A DNA stretch of 64,000 nucleotides from an uncultured virus (IMG/VR IMGVR_UViG_3300024301_000012). Its lineage: Duplodnaviria > Heunggongvirae > Uroviricota > Caudoviricetes. Below the pieces are notes generated by a model. That model was not told the origin of the DNA and did not search any database. It was given only the letters and a program-made list of their open reading frames with translations. The position numbers and the translations under genes are program-made. Shown one piece after another: positions 56,801-64,000 of this stretch. The stretch lies in IMG/VR virus record IMGVR_UViG_3300024301_000012; one strand, given 5' to 3'. Numbering within the stretch: the stretch's first letter is position 1; every line of letters starts with the position of its first letter.

Positions 56801-59800
56801 ATATAAAAACGGTTATCTTGTTGACTCTTTTTCGAACTTTAGTGTAGTTCAGGTTAATAATCCTGACAACACATCTTCTATTGATGTTAAGAAGAGGGAG
56901 CTTCGAGCGGCCTTTAAGACTTCTCAAATAGGATTCAAACCAATAGCAACTGGAACTACTGCTGGTCAGTCTGGTTATTTCTGGCATGTTCCTTACAATG
57001 AAGCAATTTATACACAGCAAACTCAAGCTAGTTCTTATCGTAATGTGGTGGGAGAATTGTTTATAACTCCGCCTCCTGCTACAGAACAAGAAGCAGAAGA
57101 AACTGCTACAAATAATGGTGGTACAGGACAAGATCAGACAGAGACAGAACCTTCAACTAATGATACTGAAGCAAGTCAGAGAGGTACAACTCCAACTTCT
57201 CCTAGTTATCATCTTATCAGATCAAAAACAACAGTTAATGAAGGTGACACATTTACTATAACATTAGAAACAACAAATGTTCCAGAAGGTACAGTTCTAC
57301 GTTATACAGTCTTTGGTGTAACTAGCGATGATTATAGTACTGTTCCTACGACAGCAGCAGATGGAACAGGAACTCTTACTGTAGATTCAACTGGTTTTGC
57401 GTACTTAAGAGTTACTATCGCAGAAGATTTGACTACTGAAGGGACTGAAACATGGGGGATTACGCTGAGTGATATAGGAATAACAGCAAGCACTTCAGTG
57501 ACAATCAATGACACTTCAGTTACACCTAGTGATAACAATAATAACAATAATAATAACAATAATAATAACAATAATAAAATCGCAACTGGTCCTTGGATAG
57601 GTAGCGCAGATGTACAGCCTCCTATTTCTAATTTCATAGATACTAATTACGAGGGAGAGCCTCTTCAAAATGACAATGGAGAATATGACCATTTATTAAG
57701 AAGCAGCGGATTTAATAGTGAAGGATATTCATCTGGTTGGGAGTTGCAATGGGGTAACTGGGAATTTGCAACAGGTACGATTGGAGCTTTAGATCCAGGT
57801 GTAAACTTTGGAACTTCAGCAGATCCAGCCAATGCCATTGATCTCGGCGAAGACGGTTTATACATTCCAGAATACAATGCCACTTGGGTGAATCCAGAAG
57901 CTATAGATCCTAACTCAACTACTGTATGGGATTATCGGGAATATGATTATCTTTGGAATGGATCTAAAGAAGCACCTGTTTATGAAGACACGGCAGATCT
58001 TCGTGTTAAAACATTAGCAAGACAAGAAAATCTTCAGGTTCAATTTTGGGGGCTCAAGCCTGATACACCACACACCGTTTTTGTCAATGGTACACCATAT
58101 GGATCTAATGGAGGAGCTCCTCGAGTGAGTTTTGCGAGCGGAAGATTTACTGTAGGTGTACTCTTGAATCCTGGACAATGGCCCGCTAATGAATTGATTA
58201 GGATTGAAGCCGCAAATCATAATGATCCGTCTCAAGCAGATTCTCGTGCTGTTGGATATTTTTTACCTAATCACTCAGTAAGACGAGACGTAATAACGAA
58301 TTTGTCTACTAGATTTCCTAAACCGGCATACGATGTAGTATCACGACAAGTGAAAAGTAGTCGTCCCAGCTTAGAGAATGTAGTCGGAGTGAAAGGGCTT
58401 GACTTCGCAGGCTATAGACATGTTAAACTTACTAATGGTACAGAAGATCCTTGGGTATCAGTTAATCGTCTCGACGGTCAAGGCATGGTTCGTGCAAATA
58501 GGGTTCCAATTGAACAATTGGATCTTAATGATACTGTTCTCGGGGTTGAATGTGACCCTATATTCGGTGATAGTGGAGTATCTAGATCAGTTCTTCAAAG
58601 AGCCGATGGTACTAGATATGGAGTAGAAATAATAGATCCAGGGTGTGCTACATATAATGATTATATACAATCTCAGGCTACTCCTTCTATTCCTGAACAA
58701 GGGAAAGTTTATACTGAAATAGATTCAGTAAATACTGGTACAGTACAAGTTGAAACTTCACAAATACTTATTCTTGACGACTCTGGCACTGTAGATACTG
58801 AAACAGGAACAGTTCAAACTATTGACGCATCTCGTTATACTCACGGAGATGCTGATGAGTCTACTGCTGATATTAACACAAGTGCGACTTCCAGTAGTTT
58901 GGGTGAAAGTAATATAAAACTAGACTCTTCTCTTACAAATAAAGATTTAGAAAAAACGGAAGTCATTAATGCTTCTAACGCTCTTTCTGTGTCTGGTGTA
59001 GATGATATAGATTCAGCTAAATTAGCTGAAATTGTTGCTGCGCTAGACTTTGATTTTTCAACACCAGAATTATGTATAGGCGAAACGCAAGATCCGTTAG
59101 CACAGTCTTTCTTTGTTGAGGGAATGGAAGGAGGAATGTTCATTACTTCTGCTGATATATTCTTCAGAAATAAATCAGCAGAGGAAAATAATAACGGCAT
59201 TACTCTACAGATCAGAGAAATGATAAACGGTGTACCAGGACCATATATTATAGCTGAATCTCATAAAACAAGATCAGAGTGTTTGGTATCTACTGAAGAT
59301 GCTTCTGGTAATGTAACATTTAACTCTACTAACTTTAAATTTGATGGCCCTGTCCATCTTCAAAATAATACTGAATACTGTATGGTACTTAAGCCAGATG
59401 CAAATGATCGTGGCTATGAGGTTTGGTTAGGTAAACTAGGCGAGACTAGAAAAGGTTCAACTGAAGTTATAACAGAGCAAACACATTCAGGAATTCTATT
59501 TACATCTGCAAATAACAGAACTTGGTCTGCACATCAAGATGAAGATTTAATGTTTGTTGTAAGACGAGCTAAGTTTGAAGTTAATCAAGATTATATTATA
59601 AACACAGTAAATAAAAATATTGATTGGATTAAATTCGATGCAGATGAGTGGGATCGAACTCCTAATGCAGCACTTGGATTTGACTCTGATAACAATCCAT
59701 TGACTCCTGCAAGTTATTTTCCCGCAGGCAATTTTGTACACGGATTTAAACTTACAATAACCAGCGCAGGCTCTTATGCTGAAGCCGAAGATGATGCTAC

Positions 59801-61148
59801 TTATGATTTAGTGTTTAATGATACTGGAACTAACGGCTCTAATGCTGCAGGAACATATACTGTTTCTGGTGGGGTAGTCACTGAAGTTACTTTGACTAAT
59901 CCAGGATCAGGATATACTTCAGCTCCTACAGTGAGCCTACCTTCTGGTAATCCAACAACTGCTGCAAATGTGTCAGTAACTCTCAATCGTGCAAAAGTTT
60001 CACGGTATGATAGAGGAGTTTCCAGTTATGAATTAGAAGTAAATAGTGGAAGTTTTGTAGTTGGTGATCTTGTTGGTAACGGGTTGACATCTACTAGGAT
60101 TTCTGCTATCGAAGATAGAGACCTTAGTACCTATGTTGTTCAATATCACTCGATCAATCCTGACCAAATAGGAAAAATCACTCCAAAGATTGCATTGACT
60201 ACTTCTGGATCTGCTTCAGCAAACACTACACTGAGCGAGGCTGTTTTGCAAGCAACTGTAGAGCTTCCTGAACTCAAAACTGTGTACAGTTATTCAAATG
60301 AAATTGCTAGAGATGGAGAAAAGACTGCTAGAATACAATTTACTCTGAGAACTCCTTCTAACAATATCAGTCCAATTATAGATTTAGCGGCCATGGATAT
60401 GTTAGCAGTAGCTAACAAAATAAACTATCCTAAAGATATTGACGGAAATTCTATAGTAGAAGAAGAAGTTCGCACTGGCGGCAATGCTCAATCTAAGTAT
60501 ATTACAAGAAAAGTTGTTCTTGCAGAAGGACAAGATGCAGAAGACTTGAAGATATTCTTAGATAATGCTATTCCTTCTAATGCAGCGGTTGAAGTTTATG
60601 CTAAACTACAAAATGCTGAAGACGATGGCGAATTTGCAAGTGATATCTATTGGAGAAAACTAGAAGTAGAAACATCTCCGTTTATTCCGACCAGTGGTTT
60701 CGCAGAATATTCTTATAAGATTCCAGAAAAATCTACTGGCACATGGGGCGTTGATAGTGCAACTGGTATTTTCGAATATGATGTTACTAGAGTTGCCTCT
60801 ATTCCAGTAGTTTCGGGTGGAACATATACCTCTGCTCCGATTATTAAGATAACTGATAATGCTGGTGTTGGATATGGAGCTTCTGCTAAAGCAATAATGA
60901 ACGGTAATACAATCTCTGAGATTAGAATCACTAATCCTGGAAGATATTATTCTGCAGGCAATGTCAATGCAGAGATAGTATCAGGTACTGGTGGCGAAAC
61001 AGTAGCAGGAACGCTAGGTACACCTACCACTTCAACTGTTACATATAAATCTTTCAAGCATTTTGCTATAAAGATAGTACATTTAAGTGACAATAGAGCA
61101 ATTATTCCTAAGACTAAGACGCTTAGAGCATACGCACTACAGGTATAA
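53898..61148 (+). CDS. VrlC/DUF4815-like large virion structural protein
   Basis: PYYDDFD..KNYHRVLFKPG.AVQARELTQLQT; YTMRDIG.LE.RI.NLEYYT; DPLAQSF; internal Calx-beta-like segment. Confidence 0.85.
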   Translation: MALNLNSSPYYDDFDPQKNYHRVLFKPGVAVQARELTQLQTVLSDQLSQLGSFNLKEGAVISGCEQKIENFKFVKILDEDANEDPIANADLASYDGAILVGATTGLRARIITHKTGQITVSDSINTKALYIVYIDENGQNADLTTNQYQRFQQGETLTVESVNTEIKGHTFVTQTTEGGTFGKRDFYAGIAPHLTMSPGIIYALGNFIRTKNLSVFIDSFSPYTDKKIGFLVNQSIKQASVDGTLYDNARGTFNEGAPGADRLQNTVSLISYNRDSSPADNYFQIATFSNGKITRADIQTDPLGGIREILARETFDRHGNYVSKGLQVYFTEHLRSYRGKNNGRFTPNGIGDATKLILGVTAGSGNVAGYPVEYLKETEFSFPKPSATQIENTVSQSTSFGNYVIVNDLCGAWDTDGADTSANGIVNLHSVVSNGVSGGAYSNTSVPGNIVGTAKIRYIELSSGTPGTATAEFKLYLFDIKMFDGEFGAVRSISYENAEANAFADIVLNSAGDAQVYEKNSNKFLWNLPYKHLKTLQASTAGVFDYNFKFIKEYDKIAPSDGNINLAAEGDHTFFFGNGPVSNSDVASHIKLVARESFELDGTVIEKGEFIDLTGKVVQGEINSLTINLGSLNDIGGAPFAVRVYVNMQVSNDGPITKSLEKTKYVKIEADTNENFANNRFCLGVPDVFRVTRITATSNADYTTGARNVSTLFNVDSGQRDNFYGLSYIEKKTSSAIDLTVEKYLTVEFDYFDNGTIDGPTFACIDSYPVDDTGLTGIRTEEIPIYVSKSSGKVFDLRNAIDFRPFMEATETPGSTEATAPVNPSSFEQIKRPPGGLTNPIPSATFTTDLEFYLAEAYRVVITPSGKIDIVKGVASVSPKLPPPPEGSMTLATGVLPPYPCLSQRAATNYGREDLAMTIVPVKNKKYTMRDIGALEQRISNLEYYTTLTLLEKEAGKVVIPDSDGIDRYKNGYLVDSFSNFSVVQVNNPDNTSSIDVKKRELRAAFKTSQIGFKPIATGTTAGQSGYFWHVPYNEAIYTQQTQASSYRNVVGELFITPPPATEQEAEETATNNGGTGQDQTETEPSTNDTEASQRGTTPTSPSYHLIRSKTTVNEGDTFTITLETTNVPEGTVLRYTVFGVTSDDYSTVPTTAADGTGTLTVDSTGFAYLRVTIAEDLTTEGTETWGITLSDIGITASTSVTINDTSVTPSDNNNNNNNNNNNNNNKIATGPWIGSADVQPPISNFIDTNYEGEPLQNDNGEYDHLLRSSGFNSEGYSSGWELQWGNWEFATGTIGALDPGVNFGTSADPANAIDLGEDGLYIPEYNATWVNPEAIDPNSTTVWDYREYDYLWNGSKEAPVYEDTADLRVKTLARQENLQVQFWGLKPDTPHTVFVNGTPYGSNGGAPRVSFASGRFTVGVLLNPGQWPANELIRIEAANHNDPSQADSRAVGYFLPNHSVRRDVITNLSTRFPKPAYDVVSRQVKSSRPSLENVVGVKGLDFAGYRHVKLTNGTEDPWVSVNRLDGQGMVRANRVPIEQLDLNDTVLGVECDPIFGDSGVSRSVLQRADGTRYGVEIIDPGCATYNDYIQSQATPSIPEQGKVYTEIDSVNTGTVQVETSQILILDDSGTVDTETGTVQTIDASRYTHGDADESTADINTSATSSSLGESNIKLDSSLTNKDLEKTEVINASNALSVSGVDDIDSAKLAEIVAALDFDFSTPELCIGETQDPLAQSFFVEGMEGGMFITSADIFFRNKSAEENNNGITLQIREMINGVPGPYIIAESHKTRSECLVSTEDASGNVTFNSTNFKFDGPVHLQNNTEYCMVLKPDANDRGYEVWLGKLGETRKGSTEVITEQTHSGILFTSANNRTWSAHQDEDLMFVVRRAKFEVNQDYIINTVNKNIDWIKFDADEWDRTPNAALGFDSDNNPLTPASYFPAGNFVHGFKLTITSAGSYAEAEDDATYDLVFNDTGTNGSNAAGTYTVSGGVVTEVTLTNPGSGYTSAPTVSLPSGNPTTAANVSVTLNRAKVSRYDRGVSSYELEVNSGSFVVGDLVGNGLTSTRISAIEDRDLSTYVVQYHSINPDQIGKITPKIALTTSGSASANTTLSEAVLQATVELPELKTVYSYSNEIARDGEKTARIQFTLRTPSNNISPIIDLAAMDMLAVANKINYPKDIDGNSIVEEEVRTGGNAQSKYITRKVVLAEGQDAEDLKIFLDNAIPSNAAVEVYAKLQNAEDDGEFASDIYWRKLEVETSPFIPTSGFAEYSYKIPEKSTGTWGVDSATGIFEYDVTRVASIPVVSGGTYTSAPIIKITDNAGVGYGASAKAIMNGNTISEIRITNPGRYYSAGNVNAEIVSGTGGETVAGTLGTPTTSTVTYKSFKHFAIKIVHLSDNRAIIPKTKTLRAYALQV
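57534..57575 (+). repeat. AAC/AAT microsatellite encoding 14 Asn
   Basis: In-frame (AAY)14 inside the large virion protein. Confidence 0.85.
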
Positions 61149-61396
61149 TGATGAGTATAAATAAGTTTGTACGTGTTGAAGACGATAAGACGATTGCCCG
61201 AGATACTGAATCGAAGGCAATCGTCAATATAGACAGTGCTTCATTGGCAGAATATAAAAAAATAAAGCAAAAAAGAGTTAAAAAGAATCAGAAAATTCTT
61301 GAATGTGAGAATGATATAAATACATTAAAAGATGAAGTCACAGATATAAAAGACTCGTTGAGATTAATTTTAGACAAGCTGAATTCTCGGGATTAA
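61148..61396 (+). CDS. hypothetical coiled-coil protein
   Basis: RDTESKAIVN...INTLKDEVTDIKDSL; contains TATAAATA at 61156-61163 and 61315-61322. Confidence 0.7.
   Translation: MMSINKFVRVEDDKTIARDTESKAIVNIDSASLAEYKKIKQKRVKKNQKILECENDINTLKDEVTDIKDSLRLILDKLNSRD
61315..61322 (+). promoter_or_regulatory. T4-type late promoter
   Basis: TATAAATA upstream of the ORF at 61401. Confidence 0.6.
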
Positions 61397-61400
61397 CTAG

Positions 61401-61883
61401 ATGGCTACAATTACATTAAGAACAGTTAAAGGAAGTCCTCTAACTAATACCGAGGTCGATGATAACTTTACTAATCTAAATACTGATAAGTATGAGTCTG
61501 GTGACAGTGTTGATGTCCACGATCTTTCAGTCTCTGGCAATACTATTTTTAGTATTGCATCTTCAATAGAAGCAGCAGGAACGACACAAGAAACTGCCAC
61601 TAGCTTAACAACTAGTTACAGTATAGTAACAACTGCAACAACAAATCAAGGAGTGGTGTTGTCACTAGCAGAGACAGGCAAGAATGTCAAAATAGTAAAC
61701 GCTACATCAGTAACAATCAAAGTATATCCAGCATCATCAGAAGAAATAGATTCTTTAGGAGTAAATACCGCAAAATCCCTAGCACCTGGTGCTAGTCTAG
61801 ATTTAGTATGTATATCAAACTCACTTTGGAAAACATTACTATCTGTTGTTGTGTTTGACTCTTCTGGAACTCAATTAAACTAG
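61401..61883 (+). CDS. putative virion structural/adaptor protein
   Basis: N-terminus LTNTEVDDNFTNLNTDK is shared with the ORF at 35140. Confidence 0.65.
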   Translation: MATITLRTVKGSPLTNTEVDDNFTNLNTDKYESGDSVDVHDLSVSGNTIFSIASSIEAAGTTQETATSLTTSYSIVTTATTNQGVVLSLAETGKNVKIVNATSVTIKVYPASSEEIDSLGVNTAKSLAPGASLDLVCISNSLWKTLLSVVVFDSSGTQLN

Positions 61884-61893
61884 GAACAACGAG

Positions 61894-63261
61894 ATGAACC
61901 CAATACGAATTAAGGCATCAGCCACTCCAATTGGATCTGCAAACTTTCAAGGTTTGCAGGAAATGACAAATAACGAAATCAACCAATATCTTTCTGCGGT
62001 AATTACTCAGAAGTTTGCTGATGATACAGATGGAACTGGAACTGCGGAAATTAATGTTGATACTACAAATTCTCTTTCTGGTACTTCTATAGGATCATGG
62101 ACGAATCAAATAAGAAATGATGCAATTGGAACTCATCCAACTGACGGATCTACTGTAAATACCACGTATTATTTCAAGCAAGTAACTTCTTCGGCTACTG
62201 AAAATATTACTACTAGACCTGTTGGATATGATGCTGGCATTAAAGAATTTTCAGATGCTGGTATCGATACTGACATACTTGATAATGTAATTGAAGATAT
62301 GGTAATTGGATCTGGTTATACTGTTGGACAGTATCACTTATCTGCATCGGCGCCTGCAGGCGGTACTTGGACTGCTAGATATACTATTACTGATAGCACA
62401 CAAGGAGGAAATAATACAGTTTATTTGTGGCAAAAAACCGCTCCTTCTTTATCCGGCAATGCAGACTTAGCATCACTCAAACTTGATGGCACAAACGTAA
62501 AGATGATGTCTGATGCAGAAATTGAACAACTTGTTCCTAATTTTAGAAACAGAATTATTTCTACTGGAATAGGTACGTATAAACTACAAACTTCAATTCC
62601 TTCTAGCGCAGGAACTTGGGTTCAGGCGGGAGATGCTCTCGTTGATACCAGACAAGAAGTTGCGTCAGAAAATTATTCTGGAACATACACTGGAAACTAT
62701 ACTGGAAACTATACTGGTAATTATAGTGGCAATTATAGTGGCACTTATTCTTCGTATTACACAGGTTCTTTTACTGGAAGTTATACTGGCTTTTATACTG
62801 GACCAGATACTTTTGTTAGTTCTTCGTCATCGTCCTTCTCTGGAACATATTCAGGAACATATGCAGGCTCTGGTTCTTATGCAGGAGCTTATTCCAATAC
62901 TTTCGTCAACTGGAACCCGGTATATTATAGCGGATATGTAGCTGGATATTATGCAGGATTCTACACGGGATATTTTACAGGATTCTACACAGGGACAGCT
63001 AACTATACTGGTTACTATACTGGTTCATATGATAGAACATACATAGGTTATTACGAAGGAACATCACAGTACGCAGGAACTTATACTGGATATTACTCAC
63101 GCAGTTTTTCTAGTAGCTTTGTTGGATCATACACTGGAGCATACACTGGAACATATTCTGGAACATATTCTGGAGACTATGCTGGTACATATGCCGGAGA
63201 TACTATTCAAGCAACTACTGAAAACACATCAACAGTAAGACTTTGGTTAAGAACTGCTTAA
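61894..63261 (+). CDS. putative virion protein with C-terminal Y-(T/S/A)-G-x tetrapeptide repeats
   Basis: About 175 aa of YSGT/YTGN/YAGF-type repeats, roughly 62673-63200. Confidence 0.75.
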   Translation: MNPIRIKASATPIGSANFQGLQEMTNNEINQYLSAVITQKFADDTDGTGTAEINVDTTNSLSGTSIGSWTNQIRNDAIGTHPTDGSTVNTTYYFKQVTSSATENITTRPVGYDAGIKEFSDAGIDTDILDNVIEDMVIGSGYTVGQYHLSASAPAGGTWTARYTITDSTQGGNNTVYLWQKTAPSLSGNADLASLKLDGTNVKMMSDAEIEQLVPNFRNRIISTGIGTYKLQTSIPSSAGTWVQAGDALVDTRQEVASENYSGTYTGNYTGNYTGNYSGNYSGTYSSYYTGSFTGSYTGFYTGPDTFVSSSSSSFSGTYSGTYAGSGSYAGAYSNTFVNWNPVYYSGYVAGYYAGFYTGYFTGFYTGTANYTGYYTGSYDRTYIGYYEGTSQYAGTYTGYYSRSFSSSFVGSYTGAYTGTYSGTYSGDYAGTYAGDTIQATTENTSTVRLWLRTA

Positions 63262-63267
63262 ATTGAG

Positions 63268-63296
63268 TTGAAATTGATACTATATAGTTATATAGT
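63268..63296 (+). promoter_or_regulatory. sigma70-like promoter
   Basis: TTGAAA, 17 nt, TATAGT immediately after the YxG-repeat gene. Confidence 0.5.
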
Positions 63297-63319
63297 TTTT
63301 TAAATAATGGAGTTAAGAT

Positions 63320-63808
63320 ATGTCAAATCTAGAAGTTGCAGTAGACACCTCTGTACAACAAGTGTCTACATCTATTCGCAAAAAGAAATATAAAAATCCT
63401 TACTGGTCAAATAAAGATAATCGTCATCTTATTGTTACTATAGAACATGAAGACGGAACTAATTCTATGGCTTCTATTATGGATCCTGATAACACAAATA
63501 AGGACATGAAAGAAGTTTTAAATCAATTCACCGAAGAAGAGATTGATGCGAATACTAAAGAAGGCCTAGAACGCCGAAACCAGAACATAAAACTTGAAAT
63601 GGAAAGAAGAGAATCTCAAGCAGCTCGGAATATGCAGGAAGCATTGTTTAACTGTAAACTTGAAGCATTTGAGGTTGAAGCTATCAAGAACTCAAAAAAT
63701 ACAGAACTGAAGCGTATGATTCGTAAGTCTAAGTCAATCATGGAAGTTCAAGCATACGCTACTATTTTGTTAATGAAGGAACTTGAGAATGGCAAAGAAG
63801 CAGACTAA
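63320..63808 (+). CDS. hypothetical protein
   Basis: 162-aa ORF with GGAG RBS. Confidence 0.7.
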   Translation: MSNLEVAVDTSVQQVSTSIRKKKYKNPYWSNKDNRHLIVTIEHEDGTNSMASIMDPDNTNKDMKEVLNQFTEEEIDANTKEGLERRNQNIKLEMERRESQAARNMQEALFNCKLEAFEVEAIKNSKNTELKRMIRKSKSIMEVQAYATILLMKELENGKEAD

Positions 63809-64000
63809 AGGATTTGTCATTGTTGCTTCTGTCAAAAAAGGTTTTTATCGTTACGCAAAAGTACTAGCAGAATCAGTACGAGATTTTTATCCAGAAGCTA
63901 ACATAACATTTTTCACATACGAAGAATGGGTTGAGCCCGAAGATTATACACTGTTTGATAACATTATAACTGAAGGCATTCCTCGGCACATCCGTGCTAA
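63789..64000 (+). CDS. putative glycosyltransferase, N-terminal part (truncated by window end)
   Basis: MAKKQTKGFVIVASVKKGFYRYAKVLAESVRDFYPEANITFFT resembles a GT-A fold start (beta1, helix with S.R, P..I..FT). Confidence 0.5.
   Translation, partial: MAKKQTKGFVIVASVKKGFYRYAKVLAESVRDFYPEANITFFTYEEWVEPEDYTLFDNIITEGIPRHIRA

Noticed and set aside
57534..57575. Poly-Asn tract as a phase-variation switch
   Set aside because: The trinucleotide unit keeps the frame and the mixed AAC/AAT codons suggest a simple linker

Overview
This 64-kb window comes from a large, AT-rich T4-like myovirus, probably aquatic; the host cannot be determined from the sequence. It contains the T4-type core genes gp33, gp59, gp32, gp26, gp54-like, gp2, gp4, gp48, gp53, gp5, gp25, gp6, gp7, gp8 and a VrlC/DUF4815-like giant virion protein. 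It also carries phoH, an exonuclease, a SleB-type wall hydrolase, tRNA-Arg(UCU), many TATAAATA late promoters and several consensus sigma70 promoters. Four features stand out. (1) Two parallel modules each consist of a small adaptor with a shared N-terminal motif, a Tyr-rich repeat protein, a sigma70-type promoter and modifying enzymes. In the first, a Pro/Tyr/Asn/Gly repeat protein is followed by a prolyl-4-hydroxylase-type oxygenase and a Skp1-type (GT60) hydroxyproline GlcNAc transferase, suggesting phage-encoded hydroxyproline glycosylation of a virion protein. (2) A 14.4-kb operon holds seven paralogous N-terminal-twitch radical SAM enzymes plus methyltransferase, SDR, oxygenase, SGNH-like and carbamoyltransferase genes. 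(3) There is a circularly permuted two-piece tmRNA (tag ANDEAFALAA) whose terminal pseudoknot is duplicated downstream. (4) A candidate -1 frameshift (U UUU UUC) joins gp26 to an unlisted gp51-like ORF just upstream of the probable tape-measure gene. Family assignments rest on motif recognition only; no database searches were run.
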